From the IMG/VR virus record IMGVR_UViG_3300020045_008999, positions 416,001 to 480,000 of that record: DNA of 64,000 bases, one strand, 5' to 3'. The translations under genes and the position numbers were made by a program. Under the pieces are notes generated by a model, which saw only the letters and a program-made list of their open reading frames with translations, did no database searches and was not told the DNA's origin. Source of the DNA: a virus. Taxonomy: Duplodnaviria > Heunggongvirae > Uroviricota > Caudoviricetes. Below are positions 16,562 to 26,721 of the stretch, one piece after another. Within the stretch, counting starts at the first letter, position 1, and each line of letters starts with the position of its first letter.

Positions 16562-17986
16562 TTAATTATTTGGTTTTATTTTAATATTGTCCCCTTTTTT
16601 CAGTTCTTCGAATTTTGCGTAATCACTTTTTTTAATTTTGACCCGCCTAGTAAATGTCTGCCCATCTTTTATATCATATACCGGATTTGTGGGAAGTGTA
16701 ATTTCTTGGCATAAGTTAGACATACTCACTTTATCTTTAAATATACCTTGTGTATTCACATTGTCTATATTTTGAATATAAATACGTCCGGTATTCATAC
16801 GCTCTACTGATAATGTTAGTAACAAATCTTTACCATTTACTTTTTTACATGGAATAGTTTTATCAGATTCGTATTTCAGATAAAGTTCGTTGAATTCTGG
16901 TAATCCAAATGCTTCGTATAATCCAGGCACATCAGATGTCGAAAATAATGTGATATCTTCCCCACGAACCATTCGTTCCCAAAACATTTTAGACATTTGA
17001 ATAGAATAGTCTAATCTACGTACGCGATTATCATCGGTACCTTTATTATTTTTCAATACTAAAATTTCCTCAATTTCTTTATTCCATATTGGAAAGTGAA
17101 CCGTTGTTGATCCATCTCGCAATCCTCCTTGTGAACAACTTTTAGTAGCAGCTTCTGCTAATTTCAAAAAAGGAATTATCCCAGTATGCGTAGCTTCACC
17201 TCTTCTAATTTCCGACCCATGTGAGCGCAATTTACCCATTCCTAAGCCGATACCTGCTCGTCTTGATACAAATCTACCAACAGCATGATTTGAAGCGTAT
17301 ATGGAGTCTAAATCGTCTCCTAACTCAATTAAAGTACAACTAGCAAATTGTCTAGTCCCAGTTCTCACACCAGCCATAATTGGTGTTGGTATGTTGAGCC
17401 ATTTGGCAGTTAGCTCTTTATAAAATTCCTTAATATCTTTTAGGTTATCAAATAAAGTTGCAGCAATTATGATAAATGCGAATTGTGGGGTCTCGTAAAC
17501 ATATCCAGTATTTCGATTTCTAACTAAATAAGTAGCATGCATTTTTTGATATGATGCATAAGGTAATTTTGTATCATTTGAATGGTCAACCACCTCGTTA
17601 ATCTTGTTCCACATCTCATCATCGTATTTACCAAGTAACGTAGGATCATATAACCCAATTTCAATGTTTTTTTCAACAACTGACTTAACACTTGGCATAT
17701 CTTCATCTTTAAAAACCCCAAATATTTGCTTTCTAGTGTAGAAGCTAAATAATCTACTAGCAACATATTGATAATCCGGATTTTGTAGTGAAATCAATTC
17801 TACTGATGAATTGACAAGCACTTCGTGTATTTTTGTGGTTTTTATACCATCAAAAAATTGTATATTTGCGTTCATCAGAACATCTGATGGATTTGCATCG
17901 TATCCCTCACATGCCCAAGATACAACACTATTTAATTTATCAACTATGAGTTTTTCACTCACCCCATTTCGTTTTATTACATTCAT
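16562..17986 (-). CDS. nrdA: Ribonucleotide reductase alpha, N-terminal fragment of a split gene
   Basis: ATP-cone VIKRNG, PTPIMAG, QFASC, SQGGLR, SNLCQEI; ends in a Lys-rich tail. Confidence 0.94.
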   Translation of the reverse strand: MNVIKRNGVSEKLIVDKLNSVVSWACEGYDANPSDVLMNANIQFFDGIKTTKIHEVLVNSSVELISLQNPDYQYVASRLFSFYTRKQIFGVFKDEDMPSVKSVVEKNIEIGLYDPTLLGKYDDEMWNKINEVVDHSNDTKLPYASYQKMHATYLVRNRNTGYVYETPQFAFIIIAATLFDNLKDIKEFYKELTAKWLNIPTPIMAGVRTGTRQFASCTLIELGDDLDSIYASNHAVGRFVSRRAGIGLGMGKLRSHGSEIRRGEATHTGIIPFLKLAEAATKSCSQGGLRDGSTTVHFPIWNKEIEEILVLKNNKGTDDNRVRRLDYSIQMSKMFWERMVRGEDITLFSTSDVPGLYEAFGLPEFNELYLKYESDKTIPCKKVNGKDLLLTLSVERMNTGRIYIQNIDNVNTQGIFKDKVSMSNLCQEITLPTNPVYDIKDGQTFTRRVKIKKSDYAKFEELKKGDNIKIKPNN

Positions 17987-18031
17987 TTTTTAATCTTGTT
18001 TTTGTTTTTGTTTTTAGTTATTATATATTTA

Positions 18032-18895
18032 CTACAAAAAGTCAATATTATTCAATTTATCTAAATTTGTTTTAAATTTTGTATTATTTAATATCTTAGT
18101 GATACATTCTAAAGTAACATTATAAATATTTTCATATGAATCTACTGTATATTCAGATACATCATAATGTACATCAATTACAACCCCGGTAATGTGTTTC
18201 ACCGCACCATTTTCATCGATGGTTACAAATTCAATTTCGGTGTCTATGTATATGTTCCGGTTGACAACATCTTTAGAATATGTCTGCTTACCAATATGTT
18301 CTTCCAATTCATTTATTACTAAATTCCGCCATTTATTATCCAATAGTTTAAACATATTAAATAAATTGTCTGAAAAATATACGGAAAGTTCATTGAACAG
18401 TTCTATATTAGTAAAACTTTCATCTCTTAATGACGACTTAATCAAGTAGAAGTAATTGTTAAAATCTGCACGGGATGGTTTTCTTCGGTTGTTTGAGAAG
18501 TTTAAATCGGTTTGGGTTTCCAATACCTCATATACTTTCTCTCTAACTAATTTAGTCCTCACATAATTTTCATTATCAATTGACTCGGTCCAATATGTTG
18601 ATGCCTTGTCTACTTCGAAAGTGTCATTGAAATACATGTGCATACCATCAATATAATCTTCGTCTAATGGCTTTTCCTTTTTACCCTTGAAAATGCTATC
18701 ATGTGATAAACTATGTTTATCATTAATTGTGTGTTTTGACAATTCTAAACTATCATCAGATATAGCATCATCTAAATTAATATCACCCATGTCAATATCT
18801 AGGTCATCTACCAAATCTATATCCGAATCATCAATCATGTCATTTTCGTCGTATTCAGTATCATCGTATTCATCATTATCAAAATCTTTATCCAT
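18032..18895 (-). CDS. Hypothetical protein with very acidic N-terminus
   Basis: 287-aa ORF between rnr and nrdA. Confidence 0.8.
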   Translation of the reverse strand: MDKDFDNDEYDDTEYDENDMIDDSDIDLVDDLDIDMGDINLDDAISDDSLELSKHTINDKHSLSHDSIFKGKKEKPLDEDYIDGMHMYFNDTFEVDKASTYWTESIDNENYVRTKLVREKVYEVLETQTDLNFSNNRRKPSRADFNNYFYLIKSSLRDESFTNIELFNELSVYFSDNLFNMFKLLDNKWRNLVINELEEHIGKQTYSKDVVNRNIYIDTEIEFVTIDENGAVKHITGVVIDVHYDVSEYTVDSYENIYNVTLECITKILNNTKFKTNLDKLNNIDFL

Positions 18896-18920
18896 TTTTA
18901 ATTATATTTTTATATACTAC

Positions 18921-21026
18921 TTATACTGGAATTAAATCGATTTGTTTTTTAAGTAAATCAGTTTTTGTCACTTTTACCATGATTTTATCACCAAGTCGAT
19001 ATGATATACCGGCCGACTCATTAATTAGAGAATACGTCTTACTATCAAAATGGAAATGCCCATTAAGTGACTTTGTGCTAATTGAGCCCTCACACTTACT
19101 TTCTACTAACTCAACATATAAGTTATATTCAGATATTCCTGATATAACAGCATCGAATATTTGATCTTTTCTAGCTTCCAAATACTTTATTTGCATGTAT
19201 TTTATGGAATCTCTTTCCGCAGAGGTGGCCAATTTTTCCTGACGATTTATATGTTCGCATATTTCATCAGATTTTAACATTATTTCATTTGTCTTGGTAC
19301 GCTCTTGGTTTAAAATTACGCTCAATAATTGGTGATTTTTTATATCGGAAAACCTTCGAATCGGGCTTGTAAAATGCGAATAATGACCGAAGCTATCCCC
19401 GAGACCCCAGTGGCCTTTATCAGTGGCTGAATAAACCGCCTTTTGCATGGTCCTAATTGCTAAAGTATTTAGTAAATTTTCTTCTGGGGTATCCTTGATT
19501 TCTTCCATTAGTGCATTGATGGATTCCTTTACATTGTTTTCATCAAATTTATATCCAAACTGCTTACATAAGTTAGCTAGTTCATTCACTTTTTCTAAAG
19601 TTGGTGCCGGATGATGCCTAAATAGTCCTCGCTTAATACTTTTGTATATGTGCTGACCTACTGATTCATTGGCAAGTAACATGAATTCTTCAATTAAGTA
19701 ATTTGCTACATTTTGTTTTTTCTCATAAACACTAATTGGTAAATCATTTTCGTCTAATTTAAATTTGATCTCACTTTTATTGAAAATCAATGTATTATTT
19801 TGCATTCTACGTTCTCTCAAAATTTTAGCCTGAGCATCCACTGCTTTAATTGCTACTTCTATTTCATCATTTGTTACATCAGAAATTAATACCTCATATG
19901 CAGCCTCATATGAATAATCTCTATCAATGTGAATAATTGTTTTACCAAACCACTTATCTATGATTCCGCCATTTTTATCAAACTTGAAAAGAACACTAAA
20001 TGCTAATTTATCTTCATTTGGGTGAAGACTACATATGTTGTTAGATAATACTTCCGGAAACATTGGAACACACCGATCAACTAGATACACTGAGGTTGCT
20101 CTATTAAAAGCTTCTTCGTATAACTTCGTATCTTCATTCACATAATGTGTAATATCTGCAATATGTACCCCGATTTCAACTACTCCGTTACCCAAATCTT
20201 CAAATGATATAGCATCATCTTTGTCTCTGGCACCAATTGGGTCAATGACAAATGAAATGGTATTTCGTAGGTCCCTACGTTTGTCAATTTCTGATTGGTG
20301 GATAATTGGATCGATTAATGCTGCTTCATCTAAAACATCTTGCGGGAAAGTATATGGAAATCCATATTCCGATAGAATTGCATGTAGTTCAGTTTCATGC
20401 TTACCGGATTCGCCAATTACATTAGTCACTTTTCCATGTGGTTTTGCATATGCGTCATCCCATTTGGTAAATTCTACCACTACTACATCATTTGTCTTAG
20501 AATCCATTAAGAAATTTTTTGGTATGTAAATATCTGTATACATTTTTGCATTTTTAGATACAACATATCCGAATTTCTCTCGACGATCCATCGTTCCTAT
20601 AAATGCTACTTTATTACGTTTAGTAATATTTACAATTTCCCCAATTCTCCTCAAACCTTTCATGGTCGCCACAACAGTGACTGCATCACCATCGAACGCA
20701 CGATTGAGTCTATCCGCATAGATGAATATATCATCGGAATCACCACAATTTACATAACCATTACCATTTGAAGTAATCGATATAATACCAGTATGAACTT
20801 TATCTGGATCGATTGTATAAACTTCATTACCATCTTTATTGATGGTATGAATAACATACTCTGATGATTGAAGTCTTTTGATTTCGCGATCTACATCATT
20901 TTTATCAATTGAAAACGCATTTGATATAGCTTCTGCGGTATCTTTATTAGATACTAAATGGTTTAATATGTTATGAAACTGTTTAGTAAGCGTTTTCCCC
21001 TTATTTTTTTTCTTTTCTTTTTTCAT
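18921..21026 (-). CDS. rnr: Ribonuclease R (CSD-RNB-S1)
   Basis: IDPIGARDKDDA, GVHIAD, SVYLVDRCVPM, EEFMLLAN, HFTSPIRRF; C-terminal S1 domain. Confidence 0.93.
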   Translation of the reverse strand: MKKEKKKNKGKTLTKQFHNILNHLVSNKDTAEAISNAFSIDKNDVDREIKRLQSSEYVIHTINKDGNEVYTIDPDKVHTGIISITSNGNGYVNCGDSDDIFIYADRLNRAFDGDAVTVVATMKGLRRIGEIVNITKRNKVAFIGTMDRREKFGYVVSKNAKMYTDIYIPKNFLMDSKTNDVVVVEFTKWDDAYAKPHGKVTNVIGESGKHETELHAILSEYGFPYTFPQDVLDEAALIDPIIHQSEIDKRRDLRNTISFVIDPIGARDKDDAISFEDLGNGVVEIGVHIADITHYVNEDTKLYEEAFNRATSVYLVDRCVPMFPEVLSNNICSLHPNEDKLAFSVLFKFDKNGGIIDKWFGKTIIHIDRDYSYEAAYEVLISDVTNDEIEVAIKAVDAQAKILRERRMQNNTLIFNKSEIKFKLDENDLPISVYEKKQNVANYLIEEFMLLANESVGQHIYKSIKRGLFRHHPAPTLEKVNELANLCKQFGYKFDENNVKESINALMEEIKDTPEENLLNTLAIRTMQKAVYSATDKGHWGLGDSFGHYSHFTSPIRRFSDIKNHQLLSVILNQERTKTNEIMLKSDEICEHINRQEKLATSAERDSIKYMQIKYLEARKDQIFDAVISGISEYNLYVELVESKCEGSISTKSLNGHFHFDSKTYSLINESAGISYRLGDKIMVKVTKTDLLKKQIDLIPV

Positions 21027-21172
21027 TTTTCATTTTTGTTTATAGTCCATTATTCATAATCAACTATTTAATCTGAGTTACTGATTTCTGACATTATCAC
21101 AAATCATTTACAATTCTTATATTATAAATGGCATATAAAGTTTGTTTCTACCTATAATCTATTTATTAGTAA

Positions 21173-22519
21173 TTATGATATCCCATCCAAAAAGCGATCG
21201 TCTTCAAGTGTTAAATATGTAGTATTCAAATTTAACATAATTTGAGTTTTTGAGAAATCACCATCTCTTTGCTTCAATAGCTTCAAACGGTATTTATTTT
21301 GAAGCCGCATTTCCTCACTTCTGATGATCGCTAACACACCATCTGCACACTCCGCATACGATTTAGATTCTGGTATCTTGTCCAGGGTTATATCCGTTGA
21401 ATTCCACGCATCTTTTGCCAATTGTACCGCAGTTATAACTGCAGCATTATACTTTGCCCCCAATGCTCGCAATCCCTCAGCAACGATTTTACCTTTTGTA
21501 TATAAACTATCACCACCCTGTGATTTAGGAACCGCTATTAAACTTATGTAGTCTACAACAATTAAATCAATTTTAATATTACGCTTGTCTTGCATTTTAG
21601 CAATATAATTATCAAAATCGGCCAATGTTGCTGTCCCGGCTGCCCAAAATTTGGTAATTATTTTACCACGAGTTTTTTTGAAAATACCACCACCCATATC
21701 TGGGGTGGTTGACTTCGACATGTTATTGATTTTATTTTTGATATATTCAATATCTTTTGACTTTTCATCGAATTCATTAATTGGGATTTTTAATCGCATT
21801 GATCCCAAACGCTTCATTACTTTTTTCTCGGTCATTTCTAATGTTATGTATAGAACATTATATCCAGCATCCGCACTTCTCACTGTTAAATTCTGCATCC
21901 ATAGCGATTTACCTTGGTTGGTCTCGCCCATCAATATGGTCATTGATGATCTATCCCATCCACCACCTAACATGTGATTCAATGTAACAAACCCACTATC
22001 AATTTTATTCATCGAATTATCTTGAAAATGTGATTCGGGATCATCAAAATCTGATCCTAAGTCATCATCATCTATAAAATTAGTATTAGACATATTATTG
22101 ACTATCTCTTTTATTTTATTCGCAGAAATGATTACTTCATCGAAATCAACTAAATTGTCAATGTCTCGGGTAACATCAACAACGTCGACAACACCCGCCT
22201 TTAACCGATTTGATAATATCCAGGCATTTATTCGAGGTAATAGAAAATTAATTTCATCATATTCTGTTAAATCTACCGATAGCATATTTTTTAAAATTTC
22301 CTTACTTATCATTGCATCGTGATCGACTAATTTTACCATTTCTAATATTTGATAATTTGATGGTAGGTCATTGTTTGTCCCGCTCAAAATATAATCTCTA
22401 ATTATTTTATATACAAATTCGATTTCCCGATTCTTAAAGAAATATTGTTCAACTACTGGTAAAAAACGCTTGTTATTAATTATATATGCGAAGAAGATCT
22501 TCTCTAATGATATTGTCAT
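21173..22519 (-). CDS. Replicative SF4 helicase, T4 gp41/DnaB-like
   Basis: Walker A GETNQGKS, YITLEM, IVVDYISL, TAVQ, LKQRDG. Confidence 0.92.
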   Translation of the reverse strand: MTISLEKIFFAYIINNKRFLPVVEQYFFKNREIEFVYKIIRDYILSGTNNDLPSNYQILEMVKLVDHDAMISKEILKNMLSVDLTEYDEINFLLPRINAWILSNRLKAGVVDVVDVTRDIDNLVDFDEVIISANKIKEIVNNMSNTNFIDDDDLGSDFDDPESHFQDNSMNKIDSGFVTLNHMLGGGWDRSSMTILMGETNQGKSLWMQNLTVRSADAGYNVLYITLEMTEKKVMKRLGSMRLKIPINEFDEKSKDIEYIKNKINNMSKSTTPDMGGGIFKKTRGKIITKFWAAGTATLADFDNYIAKMQDKRNIKIDLIVVDYISLIAVPKSQGGDSLYTKGKIVAEGLRALGAKYNAAVITAVQLAKDAWNSTDITLDKIPESKSYAECADGVLAIIRSEEMRLQNKYRLKLLKQRDGDFSKTQIMLNLNTTYLTLEDDRFLDGIS

Positions 22520-22607
22520 ACTCGTGGGTTATTGTTTTTAAAGTGCTAGTTATACACATAAATAATATTTTTGTTTATTTAATTATCTAACAACTTTTTT
22601 ATGGATA

Positions 22608-24278
22608 ATGCGTATGAGTGACATGAGAAGTATTAAAAAAGATTTAAATAGATATACATCTAGAACAGAACAGGAAAATGCAATCAATTATATCAAGCGT
22701 GTACATGAGGCAAAACCTGATAATAAATTTTTCCTAATGAATTTACCAACGGGTAGTGGTAAATCACATTTAGCGATGATGATAAGTGACTATTACCTAA
22801 GCACAGTAGATAAATTAGCTAAAATTGATATAGTTACCCCTGGTAAATTACTACAAGACCAATATAGTAATGAATATGAATCAATATCGAACTTGAAAGG
22901 TGTTGGAAATTACCAATGTAAACAATATGAATGTTCTTGTGCTAGTGGTAAAGAATTTAATAAATTAAATAAAACAGAATGTGATGGGTGTCCATATGAT
23001 ATGGCAAAAATATCATATACCGTTGGGACTCTATCGATGACAAATTTTCACTTATATCTCATATATGCGATATATGGTAAGGATTTCATGAAACGAGAGT
23101 GTCGTCTATTAATAGTTGACGAGTGTCACGAATTTGATTCGGTAATGTCCGATTTTATTTCGATGAAAGTCACCGAAGCAAGTATTAAAAAATTAAAATA
23201 TACCAATGACGATCGAATCATTAAAGAATTGCGTAAGGTTTCTGACATATCAAATTATGTCAATTTTTTAAAGTTTTTACGAGCTGAGACTGATCAAACT
23301 ATATTAGATATAGAAACTGGTATGGGCATGAATCGCGATATAAAAAAAGACAAACGTAGTTTATCAATACACACGATCACCGGTGGTGAAAACGGAGATG
23401 TTAAATTAATGAAAATCATAAAAGACTTAAAACAACAGTTGATGAAAATTGATATTTTCACCACTGAGTATGAAATAAATCCGAATAATTGGGTACTAGA
23501 GTCAAATTATAATGAACATACTAAGCAAAAGGATTTATCACTAGAACCAATATGGGCTAACGATTATTTGGAAAAGTATGTTTGGTCAAAATATGATATG
23601 GTGGTTTTAATGTCTGGGACCATATTAAATAAAGATTTATTTTGCGGTCTGAATGGAATTGATCCAGATAAAGCTGTATATTACTCTATACCATCACCAT
23701 TCCCAGTAAAAAATCGGCCAGTTTATTACATCCCGATTGGAAAAATGAGTTATAATAAAAAAGAGGAAACATTTGAAAAGTATGTCCCTTTTATCAATAA
23801 CCTATTGATAAAATATGAGAATAAAAAGGGAATTATCCACACTAATTCCTTCGAGTTAGCAAAATGGATTGAACGGGATATTAAAAATCCTAGACTGGTA
23901 TACCACGATAGTTCTACAAAAGAAGAAGTACTACGGAATCATTTCAATACCGAGCAGAATACCGTGATTGTCTCGCCATCAGTAGGTACTGGGGTATCAT
24001 TTGATCATGACCGGGCCCGTTTTCAAATAATCGCTAAAATTCCCTATCCAAGTTTAGGATCTCAGAAAAATAAAATGAGACAGCGGGTGAACCCAGAGTG
24101 GTATTCATACATAACCGTAGCTACTTTAATGCAATCAATCGGTAGGATCGTGCGATCCAAAACAGATTATGGTGATACCATAATAATAGATGAATCGTTT
24201 GGTGATATCATGAAATATAGTAGCCATTTCTTACCAGACTGGATACAGCAGTCAATCATAATACCAAAGCGAAAATAA
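22608..24278 (+). CDS. DinG/XPD-family SF2 helicase
   Basis: PTGSGKS, Cys cluster, DECH, MSGT, GVSF, QSIGRIVRS. Confidence 0.9.
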   Translation: MRMSDMRSIKKDLNRYTSRTEQENAINYIKRVHEAKPDNKFFLMNLPTGSGKSHLAMMISDYYLSTVDKLAKIDIVTPGKLLQDQYSNEYESISNLKGVGNYQCKQYECSCASGKEFNKLNKTECDGCPYDMAKISYTVGTLSMTNFHLYLIYAIYGKDFMKRECRLLIVDECHEFDSVMSDFISMKVTEASIKKLKYTNDDRIIKELRKVSDISNYVNFLKFLRAETDQTILDIETGMGMNRDIKKDKRSLSIHTITGGENGDVKLMKIIKDLKQQLMKIDIFTTEYEINPNNWVLESNYNEHTKQKDLSLEPIWANDYLEKYVWSKYDMVVLMSGTILNKDLFCGLNGIDPDKAVYYSIPSPFPVKNRPVYYIPIGKMSYNKKEETFEKYVPFINNLLIKYENKKGIIHTNSFELAKWIERDIKNPRLVYHDSSTKEEVLRNHFNTEQNTVIVSPSVGTGVSFDHDRARFQIIAKIPYPSLGSQKNKMRQRVNPEWYSYITVATLMQSIGRIVRSKTDYGDTIIIDESFGDIMKYSSHFLPDWIQQSIIIPKRK

Positions 24279-24280
24279 AC

Positions 24281-24311
24281 AAAAAAACCTAAGTATTACT
24301 TAGGTTTTTTT
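24281..24311 (+). terminator. Intrinsic terminator
   Basis: AAAAAAACCTAAGTA-T-TACTTAGGTTTTTTT. Confidence 0.85.
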
Positions 24312-24322
24312 ATATATAGATT

Positions 24323-25075
24323 ATGAGAATATTAAACTATGAAAGCTATAAATTATCAAATGATTTAATGGATGAATTCATTGATCACCTATCAGAATCT
24401 AATAACAATGGGAATTTAGATAGCATTAAATCCACAGTAACTAATTTAAATCTAAATACCGGTTTAGTAGATATGATTGGTGATTACACATTGGCATTAT
24501 ACCCAATTTTCAATCAACTGTTGGTTAATTCAAAGCTAAATATTGAATTAAGCGAAACGGTCATTACACTAGTCACATTAACTACAGTTTGTGTATTTTA
24601 TTTAGAAGAGTATAAAGGGGGTAAGGTCGATATGATGTTAACATATAGTGACGCAGATGCTTTTCGAAATGACATTCGGTTTTTATTAGAAGAATTAAAA
24701 ATGTCTGGTATTGGGAATGGTATTGTTAAAAAACTATCTGAATGTGTAAATGCAGTATCTAAAATAGTCAAACTATTATTTGATGGTGGTGGATTATTCG
24801 ACCAGAAAACCAAAATACAATTTGGAAAAATATGCAATTCCATCAATTTCATGATAAATAATCATAAAATGAATATGGATACACTAATCGATAATTTCAC
24901 CATTGTATCCGATGGAATTTCCTCACCAATTGCCAAAAAAGGCATGAGCGATATTATGAAAAAATTAAATATTAAAATTGATCAAGTACAAGATGCTGAG
25001 AATACCATTATCGATATTGACAACATGGTAGATCCGAATATTGGTGATGTTATATTAGAAAATGACGATTTATAA
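24323..25075 (+). CDS. Hypothetical protein (N-terminus MRILNYESY)
   Basis: 250-aa ORF after a TTTATATATA motif. Confidence 0.75.
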   Translation: MRILNYESYKLSNDLMDEFIDHLSESNNNGNLDSIKSTVTNLNLNTGLVDMIGDYTLALYPIFNQLLVNSKLNIELSETVITLVTLTTVCVFYLEEYKGGKVDMMLTYSDADAFRNDIRFLLEELKMSGIGNGIVKKLSECVNAVSKIVKLLFDGGGLFDQKTKIQFGKICNSINFMINNHKMNMDTLIDNFTIVSDGISSPIAKKGMSDIMKKLNIKIDQVQDAENTIIDIDNMVDPNIGDVILENDDL

Positions 25076-25159
25076 AATACAATTGGACGATTGTGTGTCA
25101 AATATGTTTTACACATAATTCATTAATTATAAATTTTAGTCATTACCGTTTCAGCCATT

Positions 25160-26080
25160 TTAAAAATGTATATACTTTAAATTATTCGCATCATTTTCAT
25201 ACGCTAATAATTTCATATAATTAGATGGCGATCGTATCAACGATATATTTGAACTATTCATTTTTATGAATTCAATACACATTAACTCATCTTGTGTTTT
25301 ACACATGGTCAGCACCTCTAACCCATCGCCAAGTTCCATCGCCATCTTAACAACCGCTGGAGTTTTGTTTTTTATAAGAGGGTAACTGAAATTATATTTC
25401 ATGAGAGCATGAAGACACATTTTTTCGGTTTGGTATTTTGATAAAAGAAGTGTGAATTTTTCAATAGTTTCGTCATTACGGCGGATACCATTATTAATCT
25501 TCCAGAAACTATCAGTAAGAATATCAAGATTATCCATAATACTTATTGAATTTACCTTTTGTTCATAGATTGCGTGTACTATCAAACGATCTTCTTCTGA
25601 AATACGCATATCCATCAATAGATCAATCAATTGAAATTTATTCACATACTTGGTTATAACTTTATCATTATCCAATAAATACTTACATATCTTAGGAGTT
25701 ATTTGCTTAACGTATCGCAACGAATTAGCATCTGCACGAATGGCACATAAACAAATTGTCTCAGTTTGATTCAATACAAATTGAAACATATCCGGATTAT
25801 TCATGATTGCTGCGGTGCAAAGATTTGGGGTTTGCTTTGGTACATAAAATAAATTAAATGGATCTGCCAACACTGCATAACGCGAGATCACATGTTCTTT
25901 ATTCGCGACTAAATGATATGCCACTGGATCAATATCAATCGCTAGTTTACAAATTTCAATAGTTTGGTGTTTAACATATTGTAAATTTCTATAATCTTCT
26001 TGGACGGCAGCAATTGAGTCCCCGTCATCAAAATATTTGAAACTTGCGTTTTTTATATTCTCTAAATCGGCAATAGTCAT
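25160..26080 (-). CDS. Repeat protein, DUF4116-like (L-x-YV-x-x-QT-x-x-IC-x-x-AI)
   Basis: LQYVKHQTIEICKLAI, LFYVPKQTPNLCTAAI, FQFVLNQTETICLCAI. Confidence 0.7.
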   Translation of the reverse strand: MTIADLENIKNASFKYFDDGDSIAAVQEDYRNLQYVKHQTIEICKLAIDIDPVAYHLVANKEHVISRYAVLADPFNLFYVPKQTPNLCTAAIMNNPDMFQFVLNQTETICLCAIRADANSLRYVKQITPKICKYLLDNDKVITKYVNKFQLIDLLMDMRISEEDRLIVHAIYEQKVNSISIMDNLDILTDSFWKINNGIRRNDETIEKFTLLLSKYQTEKMCLHALMKYNFSYPLIKNKTPAVVKMAMELGDGLEVLTMCKTQDELMCIEFIKMNSSNISLIRSPSNYMKLLAYENDANNLKYIHF

Positions 26081-26102
26081 ATTATACCAAATATTAAGTT
26101 TT

Positions 26103-26189
26103 ATATCAATGAAAATGACATATTTTTATTAAAAACAGTATTACTTAATGTTTTTAATAAAATATGCCACATCATTTTTCAATTGATAT
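26103..26189. repeat. Long imperfect intergenic inverted repeat
   Basis: Core CATATTTTTATTAAAAACA/TGTTTTTAATAAAATATG plus outer ATATCAATGAAAATGA/TCATTTTTCAATTGATAT. Confidence 0.75.
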
Positions 26190-26191
26190 TT

Positions 26192-26644
26192 TTACACATC
26201 GGTTGGGATGGTCTGAGTTAAAATATCCTCACGTCTTTTTTTCTCATCACGGATAGACTTTCCAATACGTTTAAACATATCTGCACTTCTAATTTGCAAT
26301 CGCTCGAACTTTTTTTCCATCCGAATATGTTTTTCACCAGTAATTGCATCAATAACTGCTTGTATGAAATCTTCCCTGAATTTCTTATCAACGTTATCAT
26401 TTGTATTCACAAATTGAATCACGTTTGACGTTTCATTTACGCACAACGTCAAATGTATTTTTTGATTCTCTACATAATATTTATTTACTACTATATCATT
26501 ATCTATGGTAGTATCTTCAAATGATAATGCGTCGGTAATCGCATTTATAATTTCTAGTTCCTCTGATGTGAATACAATTTCTTTAATTCCCCAAACTTTA
26601 TTCCAAATTTTTCGTGGGATAGACATTTCATGACCTTTTTTCAT
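26192..26644 (-). CDS. Hypothetical protein
   Basis: 150 aa; TATATTTG upstream. Confidence 0.75.
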   Translation of the reverse strand: MKKGHEMSIPRKIWNKVWGIKEIVFTSEELEIINAITDALSFEDTTIDNDIVVNKYYVENQKIHLTLCVNETSNVIQFVNTNDNVDKKFREDFIQAVIDAITGEKHIRMEKKFERLQIRSADMFKRIGKSIRDEKKRREDILTQTIPTDV

Positions 26645-26721
26645 AATTTATGTATTTTTATTGCAAATATATACAAAATAAACATATAATTTAGTACTAG
26701 GGGCACTAATATTCGAAATTT

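Noticed and set aside
16400-16700. Split intein or intron at the nrdA junction
   Set aside because: No intein N-terminal block or HN-C/S/T end; only 4 nt separate the ORFs.
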